From positions 1,512 through 65,511 of the forward strand of contig CAWBQO010000004.1 in the NCBI GenBank assembly GCA_963790965.1: a stretch of 64,000 nucleotides of DNA, written 5' to 3'. How positions within the stretch are numbered: position 1 is the stretch's first letter; each line of letters opens with the position of its first letter. The position numbers were made by a program, and so were the translations under genes. The notes under the pieces are model-generated. The model did not search any database, was not told where the DNA came from, and saw nothing but the letters and a program-made list of their open reading frames with translations. This document shows, piece by piece, positions 30,477-41,465 of this stretch. Origin of the DNA: an uncultured Bacteroidota bacterium (GTDB lineage: Bacteria; Bacteroidota; Rhodothermia; Rhodothermales; DASSAV01).

Positions 30477-31982
30477 TCAGCGGCGAACGGTGAGGATGCG
30501 GAAGGCGACGGCCGGCGCGTCAGGCTCCGTATCGGGCATCGCGAGGATGAGGCCGGCGGCATCCTGAGACCAGCGGACCGGGAGGCCCGACGCGACGTGC
30601 TCCGCGCCCCTTATGACGGTGCCCTCCGGCATGTAGGCCGGCGCGAAGGCGGTGAGGAGGACATTCGTGCCGGGTGCCGGCCGTCCCAGCGCGACGGCGT
30701 AGACCGTGTCGCCGCGCGTCGTGTAGCGATAGTCCGCCGCCGTGTAGTCGATGTGGGGAAGGAAGTGGCCCGCCGTCTCCTGCCGCGTCGGCCCTTCGCC
30801 GAAGGTGTACCAGGGGCGCGTCCCGTAGATCGCCTCGCCATTCTGCGCAAGCCAGGCGCCGATGGCGCGGAGCACGAGTTGCTGATCGTCCGGAATCACG
30901 CCGTCGGCCCGGGGCGAGACGTTGAGCATCAAGGTCCCGTTCTTGCTGACCGCGTCGATGAGGACGTGCAGAATGTCCGCCGCAGACTTGAGTTCCAGGC
31001 CCTCTGTGTAGCTCCAGCTTCCCGTCGAAATGGTCTCGTCCGTCAGCCAGGGGCGCTCGGTTATTCTGTCGGTGCGGCCCTTTTCGTAGTCCGGCAGGGA
31101 GACTTCTTCGGGCAGTTCGCCATTCTTGTGCGTCACGACGACTGGCTTGCCGCGTTCTGCAGACTGATTCAGGTAATGGGCGAGGAACGCCTTCCGGTAA
31201 TCCTCCGGAATCTTGCCGAGCAGTCCGTCGAAGTAGATGAGGTCCGGGTGGTATGCGTCGACGACCTCCTCCAGCTTTGCGAGCCAGTTACGGAAGAACG
31301 TGTCCGGTGGGACGTTGCCGTAGAGCATTCGCAGGAGCGGGTCGGCGGAGGCTGTGGCGGTGCCGGGCAAGTAGGGGAAGTAACTCGAGTCCGTCTGCGC
31401 CTCGACCGGCCGATCAGCGTAGATCTGGAGATTGCGCGCCATATGAAAGGTCGCGACGAAGGGCATCCCCCGGCCGTGAACGGCCCGCTCGAAGTCTCCG
31501 AGTACATCCCGGTGCGGACCCATGTCGGCAGCGTTCCAGGGATTCACGTCGCTGTTCCACATGGAGAACCCGTCGTGATGCTCCGCAACCATGCCGGCGA
31601 AGCGCGCTCCGGATGCCTGGAATAGATCAGCCCATGCTTCCGGGTCGTAACGTTCGGCCCTGAACATCGGAACGAAGTCGTGGTAGCCGAACGCGGAGAG
31701 CGGCCCGTACATGGCGACCTGATGCTCGTACTCGCGCCCACCTTCAAGGTGCATCGCGCGCGGGTACCAGTCGTGCGCGAAGGCGGGCACCGAGAGGACG
31801 CCCCAGTGCAGATAAATGCCGAACTTTGCGTCTCGGAACCACGCGGGTGCCTCGTCATAGCGGGCGAGCGAGACCCACGTCGGTTCGTACTCGGCCGGGG
31901 CATTCCGCGCGGACCCTCCGGTGCCGGAGCACCCGGATAGGATGAGCAAAAGGAGAGCGAGGCTGAAGAGGGCGCGGGCCAT
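30477..31982 (-). CDS. GH29 alpha-L-fucosidase, lipoprotein
   Basis: Lipobox LSGC; WFRDAKFGIYLHWG, AEHHDGFSMW, LIYFD, VSKNG.LMLN; alternative GTG at 32003 overlaps the upstream stop. Confidence 0.88.
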   Translation of the reverse strand: MARALFSLALLLLILSGCSGTGGSARNAPAEYEPTWVSLARYDEAPAWFRDAKFGIYLHWGVLSVPAFAHDWYPRAMHLEGGREYEHQVAMYGPLSAFGYHDFVPMFRAERYDPEAWADLFQASGARFAGMVAEHHDGFSMWNSDVNPWNAADMGPHRDVLGDFERAVHGRGMPFVATFHMARNLQIYADRPVEAQTDSSYFPYLPGTATASADPLLRMLYGNVPPDTFFRNWLAKLEEVVDAYHPDLIYFDGLLGKIPEDYRKAFLAHYLNQSAERGKPVVVTHKNGELPEEVSLPDYEKGRTDRITERPWLTDETISTGSWSYTEGLELKSAADILHVLIDAVSKNGTLMLNVSPRADGVIPDDQQLVLRAIGAWLAQNGEAIYGTRPWYTFGEGPTRQETAGHFLPHIDYTAADYRYTTRGDTVYAVALGRPAPGTNVLLTAFAPAYMPEGTVIRGAEHVASGLPVRWSQDAAGLILAMPDTEPDAPAVAFRILTVRR

Positions 31983-32002
31983 AGATCGCGAACGAGACGG
32001 CA

Positions 32003-34405
32003 CTACTGCGGACGGTACGTTGTAGACGGTGTGACGGCGAAGCGCACCCGGCCACCGAAAGGATCGCCATCAATTTGCCACGACCCGCCGCTTCGGCGCA
32101 GGTGTACTTCGCGCAGTTGCGCCTCGGGCGGCAGTGCCACAAGGCTGGTCGCCGCGTCCGGTGCGTCGCCATAGACGACAAGCGTGATCCGCGACCAGTC
32201 CATTGAGGCGGTTGACTGCGCCAGCGCCAGGTGCGGCACGACGGCACCGGCGCGAACGAGGAGCACGACAGGGATTTCACCTGCGCTGATGGTGTGCCAG
32301 CCGCCCTCGTAAGAAGAACCTGTCTGATAGTCGATCCAGCCGCCCGGCGGCAGGTAGACGGCCCGCTCGCCGGCTTCTTCGAAGAGTGGAGCCACGAGCA
32401 GGTCTTGCCCGAAGAGGTACTCGTCCTCGATCGGCCAGGAGCCGGGGTCGTCCGGGTACTCCACAAAGAGGGCGCGGACCATGGGCAGGCCTTTTGATGC
32501 GCTCTGCCGCGCTTGTGCGTAGACATAGGGCATCAGTCGGTACTTCAGCTCGTCCGCCCGCCGGTAGTCGTTCAGGAACGAGCGGCTAAAGAGCCAGGGT
32601 TCTTTGGGCGGTGTCCCGTGGCTGCGCGTGTGCGAGGTCAGAAAACCGAAGGGTGCCCAGCGGCGATAAAGGCTCTCCGGCGTCTGCGCCGTAAAACCGC
32701 CGATGTCGTGGCTCCAGAAGGTGAATCCCGAAAGGCCGAGCGACAGCCCTCCGTGCAGCGTCGCCTCCATGCCGATGTCGGTGTTGGCCGCGTCGCCGCC
32801 CCAGTGGACGGGATAGCGCTGCGAACCTGCCCAGGCGCTGCGCGCCCACATAATTGAATCGCCGGTCACGCGACGAGTCACTTCAGCCACTGCGCGGTTG
32901 TAGCGAAGCGGATAAAGGTTATGCTCGTACCAGCCCGTGCGCCCGGAGTGATAGAGGCCGGAAAGCGGTGCGGCCTCGCCGAAGTCCACCTTGATCGCTC
33001 CGACACCCATTTCGAGCAGCCCTGCAAGCTGGTTCTGATACCAGGAGACGGTCTCCGGGTTCGAGAAATCGAGCATGGCGTCTTCGTAGGGCAGGTTGCC
33101 GGAGGCGTCGCGCACGTACAATCCCTTCGTCACAATCTCAGGGAAGAGCCGGTTCTTTGGGACGAAGTAGGGCAGTTGCCACAGGCTGATGTGCAGGCCC
33201 ATCTCCGCGAGGTCGTCGATCATTCCCTGCGGATTGTTGAAGCGGGAGGGGGCAAACCGGTAGTCCGTCCGCCAGTCCGTTTCGAACCATCCCGTGTCGA
33301 GGTGGATAACGTCGGACGGAATGCGGTTACTGCGAAGGCTATCCGCTACGGCGCGCACTTCGTCCTCAGAAAAGTAGGTGATACGACTCATCCAGAGGCC
33401 GAAGCTCCATAGCGGCGGCATGGAGGCCTTTCCCGTCAGATCGGTGTAGGCATCGAGCACTTCTTTCGGCCCGCCGAAGAAGAAGAACAGGTCCAGGTCG
33501 TCGTCTCCCACCAAGAGCGTGCTCCCGCCGAGATAGTCCACGCCGAAGTCGAACGTCATAGGAACGCTCTCGTGGAGGAACATGCCGTAACCTCGGCTGC
33601 TGAGGAAGAAGGGAATAGGCTTGTACATGGCCATGTTCTCCGCTCCGTTTGCATCGTCGGCGAAGAGGATCACCTTCTGCCCGCGTTTGTCCAGACCGGT
33701 GAAGCTCTCCCCGGTGCCGAAGATTTTCTCGCCGGGGGAAAGGGAGAAAGTGGCCGCAAACTCCTGCTTATAGTCCGAGGCCCTCTTTACGTAGGAGAAC
33801 GGCAGGACGGGCGTGAGGGTAGGGGCGTTGTCGGCCTGGTGGTTCGTCCCGGTCAGCACCCGCCCGGCGGCGTCGCGGAAGACGACGTGCCACGGGTAAG
33901 TCGTCACGGTGACGGACCCATACGGCCCCGTATAGCGGTGTCCTTCCGGGACGCGCTTGTAGGTCCAAGCGTCGGGCGCGCTCGGCGCGCTCCCACCGAC
34001 GAGCATCAGCGACGGCTCCTCCGGCCGCAACTGCGGCTTCGTATGCACCCGCAGCCGGACCGTCCGATCCGATACGAACTCAAGCTCAAACGGCTGCTCC
34101 GGCACCGCCGCATACTCGCCGCCGGGGAAAACGACTTCTTCGCGCGGCTGGAGTACGGCAAGCATGTTGTTGAACGCCGTGCGCGTCACATATTCGTGCC
34201 GCCGATACTGAATGGTGCCGGAGGCCGTCGCCGGATCGAAAGAGGCGAGGCTGTCGGCGAGAAAGTACCCGTTGCCGAAGTCGTGGAAGTCCTGGCTGAC
34301 GTCCACGACCTGGTTCACCAGATTCGGCGCGTACGGCGTCTGCGCGAGCGCGGGCGCGCCAACGAGCACGGTGAGCAGCGCGGCAAGAGCAGCAGTGATT
34401 CGCAT
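32003..34405 (-). CDS. GH31 alpha-xylosidase-like (paralog 1)
   Basis: YKPIPFF, PPLWSFGLWMSRITY, IHLDTGW, IKVDFGE, HWGGD, WSHDIGGF. Confidence 0.88.
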   Translation of the reverse strand: MRITAALAALLTVLVGAPALAQTPYAPNLVNQVVDVSQDFHDFGNGYFLADSLASFDPATASGTIQYRRHEYVTRTAFNNMLAVLQPREEVVFPGGEYAAVPEQPFELEFVSDRTVRLRVHTKPQLRPEEPSLMLVGGSAPSAPDAWTYKRVPEGHRYTGPYGSVTVTTYPWHVVFRDAAGRVLTGTNHQADNAPTLTPVLPFSYVKRASDYKQEFAATFSLSPGEKIFGTGESFTGLDKRGQKVILFADDANGAENMAMYKPIPFFLSSRGYGMFLHESVPMTFDFGVDYLGGSTLLVGDDDLDLFFFFGGPKEVLDAYTDLTGKASMPPLWSFGLWMSRITYFSEDEVRAVADSLRSNRIPSDVIHLDTGWFETDWRTDYRFAPSRFNNPQGMIDDLAEMGLHISLWQLPYFVPKNRLFPEIVTKGLYVRDASGNLPYEDAMLDFSNPETVSWYQNQLAGLLEMGVGAIKVDFGEAAPLSGLYHSGRTGWYEHNLYPLRYNRAVAEVTRRVTGDSIMWARSAWAGSQRYPVHWGGDAANTDIGMEATLHGGLSLGLSGFTFWSHDIGGFTAQTPESLYRRWAPFGFLTSHTRSHGTPPKEPWLFSRSFLNDYRRADELKYRLMPYVYAQARQSASKGLPMVRALFVEYPDDPGSWPIEDEYLFGQDLLVAPLFEEAGERAVYLPPGGWIDYQTGSSYEGGWHTISAGEIPVVLLVRAGAVVPHLALAQSTASMDWSRITLVVYGDAPDAATSLVALPPEAQLREVHLRRSGGSWQIDGDPFGGRVRFAVTPSTTYRPQ

Positions 34406-34429
34406 GGTGGTCTGCGGGGTCGAAGCCTC

Positions 34430-36373
34430 CTATTGTACAACCGTGATCTTGCGGGTCACGGACACGCCACCCGGCAGCCGGATTTCACACAAGTAAAGTC
34501 CGGCCGGGAGGTCTTCTACCGACAAGTTGAAGGTATGCGCGCCCGGCGCAACGAAGCCTGGATCTTTCTGCTGAACGACGCGCCCGGTGAGATCGAAAAG
34601 GCGGATGCGCACTGCGCCGGCTTCCGTCGCAGCAAGGTCGATCATTACCGCTCCGCGTGCAGGATTCGGATAGACCGCGACTCGCGCCTCGTCGGCCGTG
34701 GGCGAATCGTCTTCCCTGCTTACGACGCCGGCCTGAGCTTCCAGGACAACGTAGAAACTGCCGAAACGCGGCGCGGCGAACACGATCTCGCCGTCTCCGC
34801 CGATGGTCCCGGTGAACGCCGGTACGCTCTCGTACGCTTCGGGTCCGCCGCCGTCCTGCGTCCCCGTCTGGCCGTTTGTGTAGATCTTGCGGCTGTTGGG
34901 GTCGTTCGTCTGGACTTCGTAGAGATAGTAGCGGTCGCCGACCTTTGCATTCCGCACCTGCAGTTTCACCACCTGATCGAAAGCGGTCGGGTTCACGACG
35001 ACGGTGCCGATCTCGCCGGAGTGAAACCGCGACGCAAATGCCTGAATGCCACTCGACTCGCCGGAGGAGGCTACCATCACATCGCCGAAGAAGCGCGTGA
35101 AGTAGTAGTACGTGTAGAAGGACCCGTGGGGGGTGTCCGGACGGACGCCAGGCTCGTCCGAGTTGGCGAGCAGGCCGTGGTCACTGCCGCCGGCCCAGCC
35201 GTTCTCGAGGTCCCACGCGGTCGCGAGCGCAAACTCGTTCTTGATGAGTTTCCCGAAGGCAAGGGCGAACAGAACGGAATTGAGCTGCCCGACGGCGTAA
35301 GTGCAGTTGACGTTGGCCGTACACCTGTAGTCGGACTGCATGTTGAACTCCGTCATCGCCAGCGGAATCGGCTCCTTGCCGGTCACGGACCGCCACTGAT
35401 TGCGCACATAGGGGGCAATCTGATCGACCCAGTTTGCGGCAGCGATAATGGGACCGGGAGAAACCTGCGGCGGCTGGAAGGGGCCGAAGTAGGCATGGAC
35501 ACTGAGGAAGTCGGCGCAGTCCGCTATGTGCGGAAACATGCGCTGGTTCCACTGATTGTAGTTGTTATTGTAACCCACCGGCATCTCGACGGTCACCGCT
35601 CCCACTTTGATGGACGGATCGACCGCGCGCATGGCGTTCGCAAAAACGCAGAAGTCGCGCCCGTACTCGTCGCCTGTTATGGTGCCCTTGCCGGGCACGT
35701 TGTAGCCGGACTGCCACGGGCCGTAGTTCTCGTTGCCGACTTCCCAGTACTTGATATTGCGGCCGCGGGTTATGTTGGCGTCGCGCACCCACGCGGCGGC
35801 GTAATCGGCGGCGCGCTGCACCGGATCGGCGCTCGTGCCATAGCGCGCGTACGAATAGTTGACGGAAATAATGCCCTCCGCGCCAACAGAATCGAGCAGC
35901 GTGTAATAGTCGGCGGGCGTCATCTTCCAGTATTCATAATTGGCCTGCGCGCTCTTGGCGGGAACGGTGTCTCCGCTGTTCATGATGCCGATGTCCTTTG
36001 GCAGGTCGGATTTCATACTTGCATCCCAGAAGTATTCGTTGCTGAGATTGCCTCCCGGAAAACGGAGCACCGACAGGTTCGCGTTGCGGTAGTGGCGCAC
36101 GCGCTCCTTGACGCCGTGGCTGGCCTGCTGCCATGAAACGGCATTGTTGCCGAAGATAGAAGGCGGCACGATAGCGACCGTGTCGGCGGCATATACCGTG
36201 ATGATCACCGTTGCGGGGAGCGTAGGAACGGCGTGCGGTTCGGTCGAGGGCACGCCGTCGAAGGTCTTTGCCTCCCACGGAGATCCAAAGTAGTATTCTT
36301 GCGCCTGGACCTGCCGCGCTCCCGCGATCAGAACGAAAAGCAGGAGGGCGGTGCGGTAAGCGTACTTCATCAT
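34430..36373 (-). CDS. secreted clan GH-A glycoside hydrolase (GH51/GH44-like) with T9SS CTD
   Basis: LRFPGGNLSN.Y.W, YWEVGNE, DFLSVHAY, LAMTEFN; CTD VYPNP...FDLTGR...LPAGLY. Confidence 0.75.
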   Translation of the reverse strand: MMKYAYRTALLLFVLIAGARQVQAQEYYFGSPWEAKTFDGVPSTEPHAVPTLPATVIITVYAADTVAIVPPSIFGNNAVSWQQASHGVKERVRHYRNANLSVLRFPGGNLSNEYFWDASMKSDLPKDIGIMNSGDTVPAKSAQANYEYWKMTPADYYTLLDSVGAEGIISVNYSYARYGTSADPVQRAADYAAAWVRDANITRGRNIKYWEVGNENYGPWQSGYNVPGKGTITGDEYGRDFCVFANAMRAVDPSIKVGAVTVEMPVGYNNNYNQWNQRMFPHIADCADFLSVHAYFGPFQPPQVSPGPIIAAANWVDQIAPYVRNQWRSVTGKEPIPLAMTEFNMQSDYRCTANVNCTYAVGQLNSVLFALAFGKLIKNEFALATAWDLENGWAGGSDHGLLANSDEPGVRPDTPHGSFYTYYYFTRFFGDVMVASSGESSGIQAFASRFHSGEIGTVVVNPTAFDQVVKLQVRNAKVGDRYYLYEVQTNDPNSRKIYTNGQTGTQDGGGPEAYESVPAFTGTIGGDGEIVFAAPRFGSFYVVLEAQAGVVSREDDSPTADEARVAVYPNPARGAVMIDLAATEAGAVRIRLFDLTGRVVQQKDPGFVAPGAHTFNLSVEDLPAGLYLCEIRLPGGVSVTRKITVVQ

Positions 36374-36414
36374 TAACGCGGCTTTGCTGATAGATTACGT
36401 TGAACGGTGGCGTC

Positions 36415-39300
36415 TCAGTATTCGGTGTATCCCTGTCGCGGGCGATCCGGATCGTCTTCGTTGAGCTGCCGGCCGGTGCCGTATAGAAGGTCCAGCAGCG
36501 CGGCGGGCGTGATCGAGGTCGCGGGCGCGAAGTCGCTGGAGGCGGCGTAGCGGAGCAGGGCGGCGTAGAGGGCGCGCGCCTCCGGGGACTGCTGCAGCGA
36601 CGGCAGATCGGTCGAGGCGACGAGAAGCCGCCCCTCACCGACACGAAACTCAAAGATGAGACCGAGTTTGTGGTTACGGTTGACGTTGTCGATCGTCTGC
36701 ACGAGCGGCCGATAGGCTGCGTCCGTAGCATCAAGAATGACCGGGCGGCTCGCCTTCACAATGGACCACCACTGCCAGTCGGAGTGAAACTCCGTCGGAA
36801 ACGTTTTGAAGATCGGATGCGCGGGGTCCATGAGGAGGCCCATCGTTCCGGGGGAAACGTCCGGAGCGCCGTCGCCATACTGAAACGCGAGCTGCCGAAA
36901 CATACCGTAGTTCCAGAACTCAGGAATGAACTGGCCGCCGACGGCATTGCTGTCCACGCTGCCCGGCTCCGGCAACAGCAGCATGCGCGCGCCGCCTTCG
37001 AGCGACTGCATAGCCTCTCTGTCCAGATGCCGCACCACCTTCACCCCGGGCGGAATCGCAGTGGAAGGTTCGGCCGGGTAGACCCAGACGGGATATTCCG
37101 TCTGCACCTCGGTTCCTTCCAGGGTGAGACGCATCGTCAGTCGTTCGGCTCCGCGACCGCTGGAAAGGTCGGCACTAATGGATCCGAGCGTTTGAAGAGC
37201 GCCCTGCGCGACCATCTTTCCGTCGACTACGCCGGATGCAACGGGGCCGTCGCCGGAGAGCAGTTCCCAGCGAACACCGGCGTCTGGGAGCGCAGCCGGT
37301 CCGTAGTTGGCGATCTGAATGTCCGCCTGAAACAGCTCGTCGCGCGTCCATGTGTAGCGATCCATGAGCAGCAGCAGGACGACGGGGCCGTTGAACTGCC
37401 GGAAGTCCTCCGGCTCGATCAGCCCTTTGCTGTCCATAAAAGCATCCAAAATGCCGACGAGCGCCGTGCCCTGGCCGGGATAATCCTGCAGATCGAGCAG
37501 CTGAAAGCCGCCAAAGCCAGGGGTGCGAAGTGCGCCTTCGATCTCTGCGCGGTAGGAGAGAACCGCCAGCGCTCCGGAGGCGCGGAAGAAGCGGTCCGCC
37601 TCGTCGAGCATTCCTTTCCTTGCAAGCGCGCTCCGGAACGTCGCGAAGTTCCACGGCTGGAGCACGCCGGTGTACTTCGTCATCTCGCCGAAATTCGGGT
37701 AAATACTGTACTCGCCGATCTCGTGCCCGACGACCGGCACGGGCGAGCGGCGGATGGCATCGGCGTAGTTCCACCGCGTAGATGGATAGCGGGTGTTCAG
37801 GATGCCGCCCTCCTCAGAGTCGAGATGAGAGATCGAGGCGCGCACGTCCGTGGAGAAATCCGGCTGCTCGCTGCCGGTGCGGAACGTCACCCAGAAGTCG
37901 TCGCCCTCCGCATAAGAGGCGTCCCAGAGGCGATTGTTTGATCCTTGGGCGTAGAGCGGCCTCGGGTCGTGTGCGCGAAACCGGTCGACCGTTCCTTTGA
38001 GCAGCGCGCGCTCCTGGCTGATCTCGTTGCCGAGCGCGAACATGACGAAGGAGGCATGATTGCCGTAGCTGTCGAGTATCTGCGTCCCCTCGTCCATCAT
38101 GAACTGCATCTGGTCAGGGTCATCGGCCTTGAAGCCGTACCAGATGGGCAGCTCGGGCTGCAGGTAGATGCCGGCTACGTCGGCGGCGAGGAAGGCCGCC
38201 TCCGGCGGCGTCCACGAGTGGAAGCGATAGTGATTGATGCCGTAGGACCGAGCGATGCGGAAGACGCGGCCCCAGGAGGCGGTGTCCATGGGCGGGTAGC
38301 CGGTCAGCGGGAAAACGGCCGCGTCATGCTTGCCGCGCAGGAAAGTGGTCTCTCCGTTGATGGTGAACTGCGTCCCGCTCGTGGCGAAGCGGCGCAGGCC
38401 GAAAGTCGTCTCCTGCTGGTCCAGCAACTCGTTTCCGTCGAGCAAGGCCACGCTGAGCCTGAATAGCGCCGGGTCGAACTCGCTCCACAACGGGGCGTCC
38501 TGTCCGAGGTCGTACAAGACGGAGAAAGGCGCGTCCGCCGCGCCGGGGGTGACGCCCACCGAAAGCTCCCCCGCATGGTACGCCTTGTCGGTGTTCCACG
38601 ATGAAGCCGAGATCTTCAAGCGAAGGGGCCGCGCGCGCTGCTCGCCGCCGGCGATCTGCACCTCTATCCGTGCCGAACGGGCTGCAAGATCCGGAAAGAC
38701 GCGCACCCGCTCCAATCTTGTCGGGGAAGAGGCGATAAGCTGCATCTTTCCGATAATGCCGTTCCAGTTCGTCTGCGTGTTCTCCGAGTAGGCGTGAGAG
38801 CCTTCGACAGGTACGAGCGCGGGATCGTTGTCCACCACCACCGTGATCGTGTGCGTGCCCGGACGCGCGAGGCCGGTAAGGTCGTAGAGTTGGGGCGTGA
38901 AGAGGTTCTGCCGCGATCCGATCTCCTTTCCATCGAGCCAAAGGCGGGTGACCTTCGTCCGCTCGAGGAGGAGTTCGACGTGCTTTCCCGCCCACCGTTC
39001 AGGTACCGTGATGGTGCGGCGATACCATGCCGGGCCGGTGTACTCGTAGAGCCGGTTCAAGCGCTGATCCGTCGTGTCCCGGTTGGCGAAGCCCTTCCCG
39101 TTCTCGTCGAGGGTGCCCGGCAGATGAACGGTGTCCGTAAACACCTCTCCGGCGCGACTCTGCGTACGGAGCGTCGAGGTGGTGTCCAGCAGCAGCTGCC
39201 ACGTGCCCGCAAGAGAGAGCGTGTCGCTGGCCGGCGGAGGCGGCGCGGCAAAGGTGGGCAGCAGCGAGGCGCAGAGAAGGGGGACCAGCAGGATGTTCAT
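36415..39300 (-). CDS. GH2 glycoside hydrolase (beta-galactosidase/glucuronidase-like)
   Basis: ATG 39300 with signal peptide; LSLAGTW, GPAWYRR, FGLRRF, FLRGKHD, NHYRFHSW, NHASFVMFALGNE, HEIG. Confidence 0.87.
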   Translation of the reverse strand: MNILLVPLLCASLLPTFAAPPPPASDTLSLAGTWQLLLDTTSTLRTQSRAGEVFTDTVHLPGTLDENGKGFANRDTTDQRLNRLYEYTGPAWYRRTITVPERWAGKHVELLLERTKVTRLWLDGKEIGSRQNLFTPQLYDLTGLARPGTHTITVVVDNDPALVPVEGSHAYSENTQTNWNGIIGKMQLIASSPTRLERVRVFPDLAARSARIEVQIAGGEQRARPLRLKISASSWNTDKAYHAGELSVGVTPGAADAPFSVLYDLGQDAPLWSEFDPALFRLSVALLDGNELLDQQETTFGLRRFATSGTQFTINGETTFLRGKHDAAVFPLTGYPPMDTASWGRVFRIARSYGINHYRFHSWTPPEAAFLAADVAGIYLQPELPIWYGFKADDPDQMQFMMDEGTQILDSYGNHASFVMFALGNEISQERALLKGTVDRFRAHDPRPLYAQGSNNRLWDASYAEGDDFWVTFRTGSEQPDFSTDVRASISHLDSEEGGILNTRYPSTRWNYADAIRRSPVPVVGHEIGEYSIYPNFGEMTKYTGVLQPWNFATFRSALARKGMLDEADRFFRASGALAVLSYRAEIEGALRTPGFGGFQLLDLQDYPGQGTALVGILDAFMDSKGLIEPEDFRQFNGPVVLLLLMDRYTWTRDELFQADIQIANYGPAALPDAGVRWELLSGDGPVASGVVDGKMVAQGALQTLGSISADLSSGRGAERLTMRLTLEGTEVQTEYPVWVYPAEPSTAIPPGVKVVRHLDREAMQSLEGGARMLLLPEPGSVDSNAVGGQFIPEFWNYGMFRQLAFQYGDGAPDVSPGTMGLLMDPAHPIFKTFPTEFHSDWQWWSIVKASRPVILDATDAAYRPLVQTIDNVNRNHKLGLIFEFRVGEGRLLVASTDLPSLQQSPEARALYAALLRYAASSDFAPATSITPAALLDLLYGTGRQLNEDDPDRPRQGYTEY

Positions 39301-39386
39301 GACCACACGACCGTAGTAACTGCTCCGATGCCCACTCTCCTGCAACTCATAATTATCAGCCCGCTTTTCTCGTGTTCGGCACCGGA

Positions 39387-39419
39387 GCGGGCGGAAGGGC
39401 CGACCCCTTCGCGCCCGCT
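39387..39419. terminator. intergenic stem-loop between GH3 and GH2
   Basis: AGCGGGCG GAAGGG CCGAC CCCTTC GCGCCCGCT inverted repeat. Confidence 0.4.
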
Positions 39420-39445
39420 GCCGTAGCCGCTATTCCTATGCGCTC

Positions 39446-41323
39446 TTAATACGTCAGGCCAAAGCCGAACGGGAAGAGCGGGTCGTAGGGCGAGTCGCCC
39501 ACGTTGATCGGAAGCTGCGCCATGGATCGGGGCCACGTATAGGAGAGCTTGCCCGTGGGGGCGTAGCTTCCGAGCAGCACGTCCGCAACGCCCTGACCTT
39601 CGGTGCCGGGCAGCCACGCCGCTACAAAGGCGTCGGCCTCGCCGAGCACGTCGTTGACGATCAGCGGACGACCCGAGAGCAGCACAACGACCACCGGCAT
39701 CCCGGCTGCCTTCATGTTGCGAACGGCCGTCATGTCCTCGTCGGAGAGCGTCAAGTCCAGCCGGTCGCCCTCCATTTCGGCGTAAGGCTCTTCGCCGATC
39801 ACGACGACGCCCACGTCCGCGCCCGCCGCGCCGGTGCCGTCCAGCGAATACGTCACCTCGGTGCCGCTACCGACCTCCTGCCGAATGCCTTCCAGAATGG
39901 TCGTTCCGCCGGTTGTCACCGCGCCCATTTCGCCCTGCCAGGAGATGGTCCAGCCGCCCGTTTGCATGCCGATATTATCGGCACCGCGCCCGGCGACGTG
40001 TATGCGCGCCGCATCCTTCTTAATGGGAAGGGCATCGTTCTCATTCTTCAGCAGCACGAGCGATTCGCGAACCGCCTGCCGGGCTGCCTGCCGGTGCTCG
40101 TCCGTCCCGAACTGCGACCAGAGGCTCCGGTCAGCCATTAGCGAGGCTCCTTCGTCCATCAGGCCCATGGCAAACTTGACGCGAAGAATGCGCCGCACGG
40201 CGTCGTCGATCCGCTCCATCGGCACGCGGCCTTCTTCCACAAGCTCGGTCAGGACGCGAATGAACTCGGGATAGCGGTCCGGCACCATCACCATGTCCAT
40301 TCCGGCGTTGATCGAAGTCTCAACGGAGCGCTTGTAGTCGTCTGGGAAGATCTGATCGAGCGCGCGGTAGTCGGAGATCAGGAAGCCTTCGAAGCCAAGC
40401 TCGCCCTTGAGCACGTCCGTGAGCAGATACTTGTTGCCGGACATCTTGACGCCGTTCCACGACGAGTACGACGGCATGATCGTGGCCACGCCCGCATCTA
40501 CGGCCGCGTAGTAGGGGAAGAGGTGGACGCTACGGACCGTAGCGGTGTCCATCCGCATATCGCCCTGATCGAGGCCGGCACCTTCGAGGCCGATGCCGGA
40601 GCCGGGCACCGTCCCGCCGTCGCCGAGGAAGTGCTTGGCGGTGGCTGCTACGGCAAGGGGACCGGAGAGGTCCTGCGTCTGCAGGCCGCGAATGGCGGCT
40701 ACGCCGAGTTCACTGACGAGATTCGGGTCTTCGGAGAAGCCCTCGTAGGTGCGTCCCCAGCGCTCGTCCTGCGGCACGGTCACGGCCGGGGCGAACGTCC
40801 AGTGGGCACCGGTGGCGCGCATCTCAATGGCCGTGATGCGGGCGAGCTTCTCGACAAGCTCGGGGTTGCGCGTCGCGCCGAGACCGATGTTGTGCGGCAT
40901 CACGACGGCTCCAAGCACGTTGTTATGCCCGTGAACGGCGTCGACGCCAAAGATGAGCGGAATGCCCAGCCGGGTGCTTAGCGCCTGCTGCTGGTAGGCG
41001 TCGTACATATCCGTCCAGGCTTCGAGGCTGTTGCCGGCCTTCGGATCGGAATTGCCACCGGCAAGCACGGAGCCGAGGTTGTACTTGGCAATATCCGCCG
41101 GATCGGCGATGTACTCCTGATCAGGCTGTGTCATCTGCCCGATCTTCTCGGCCAGCGTCATCTGCGAAAGGAGGGCCTCGACGGCCTCGTCGTTGGCGTG
41201 GTAATCGAGCGCCGCCGCCGGCTCGGTCGTATCGGTGCTCTTGCACGAGACCGAAAGCAAGGTCGCGCCGGCAAGGATGACCACCGGGAGGAGCCGGTTG
41301 AGAATGGAATTAGGAGAGCGCAT
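39446..41323 (-). CDS. GH3 beta-glucosidase/exo-beta-glucanase, lipoprotein
   Basis: Lipobox SVSC; [57 protein letters not shown]. Confidence 0.9.
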   Translation of the reverse strand: MRSPNSILNRLLPVVILAGATLLSVSCKSTDTTEPAAALDYHANDEAVEALLSQMTLAEKIGQMTQPDQEYIADPADIAKYNLGSVLAGGNSDPKAGNSLEAWTDMYDAYQQQALSTRLGIPLIFGVDAVHGHNNVLGAVVMPHNIGLGATRNPELVEKLARITAIEMRATGAHWTFAPAVTVPQDERWGRTYEGFSEDPNLVSELGVAAIRGLQTQDLSGPLAVAATAKHFLGDGGTVPGSGIGLEGAGLDQGDMRMDTATVRSVHLFPYYAAVDAGVATIMPSYSSWNGVKMSGNKYLLTDVLKGELGFEGFLISDYRALDQIFPDDYKRSVETSINAGMDMVMVPDRYPEFIRVLTELVEEGRVPMERIDDAVRRILRVKFAMGLMDEGASLMADRSLWSQFGTDEHRQAARQAVRESLVLLKNENDALPIKKDAARIHVAGRGADNIGMQTGGWTISWQGEMGAVTTGGTTILEGIRQEVGSGTEVTYSLDGTGAAGADVGVVVIGEEPYAEMEGDRLDLTLSDEDMTAVRNMKAAGMPVVVVLLSGRPLIVNDVLGEADAFVAAWLPGTEGQGVADVLLGSYAPTGKLSYTWPRSMAQLPINVGDSPYDPLFPFGFGLTY

Positions 41324-41465
41324 CTTAAAGGTTCGGATCGTTGGTTGAAGAGGCAGCCGGCCCGGCGTACTGGTTATCTCGCCGGACCGTTGTAAGATCG
41401 ACTGAAGCTACTGAAAATAGTTCAACCGAATCTGCCGGGGAAACCCGGCTGCCTTGGCCGTCCGC

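Noticed and set aside
33572-36136. 854-aa plus-strand ORF and other long antisense ORFs (e.g. 4563-6362, 29721-31625, 49547-51304, 54558-56168)
   Set aside because: Shadow frames of well-supported genes on the opposite strand; GC-rich codon bias suppresses stops; no motifs.
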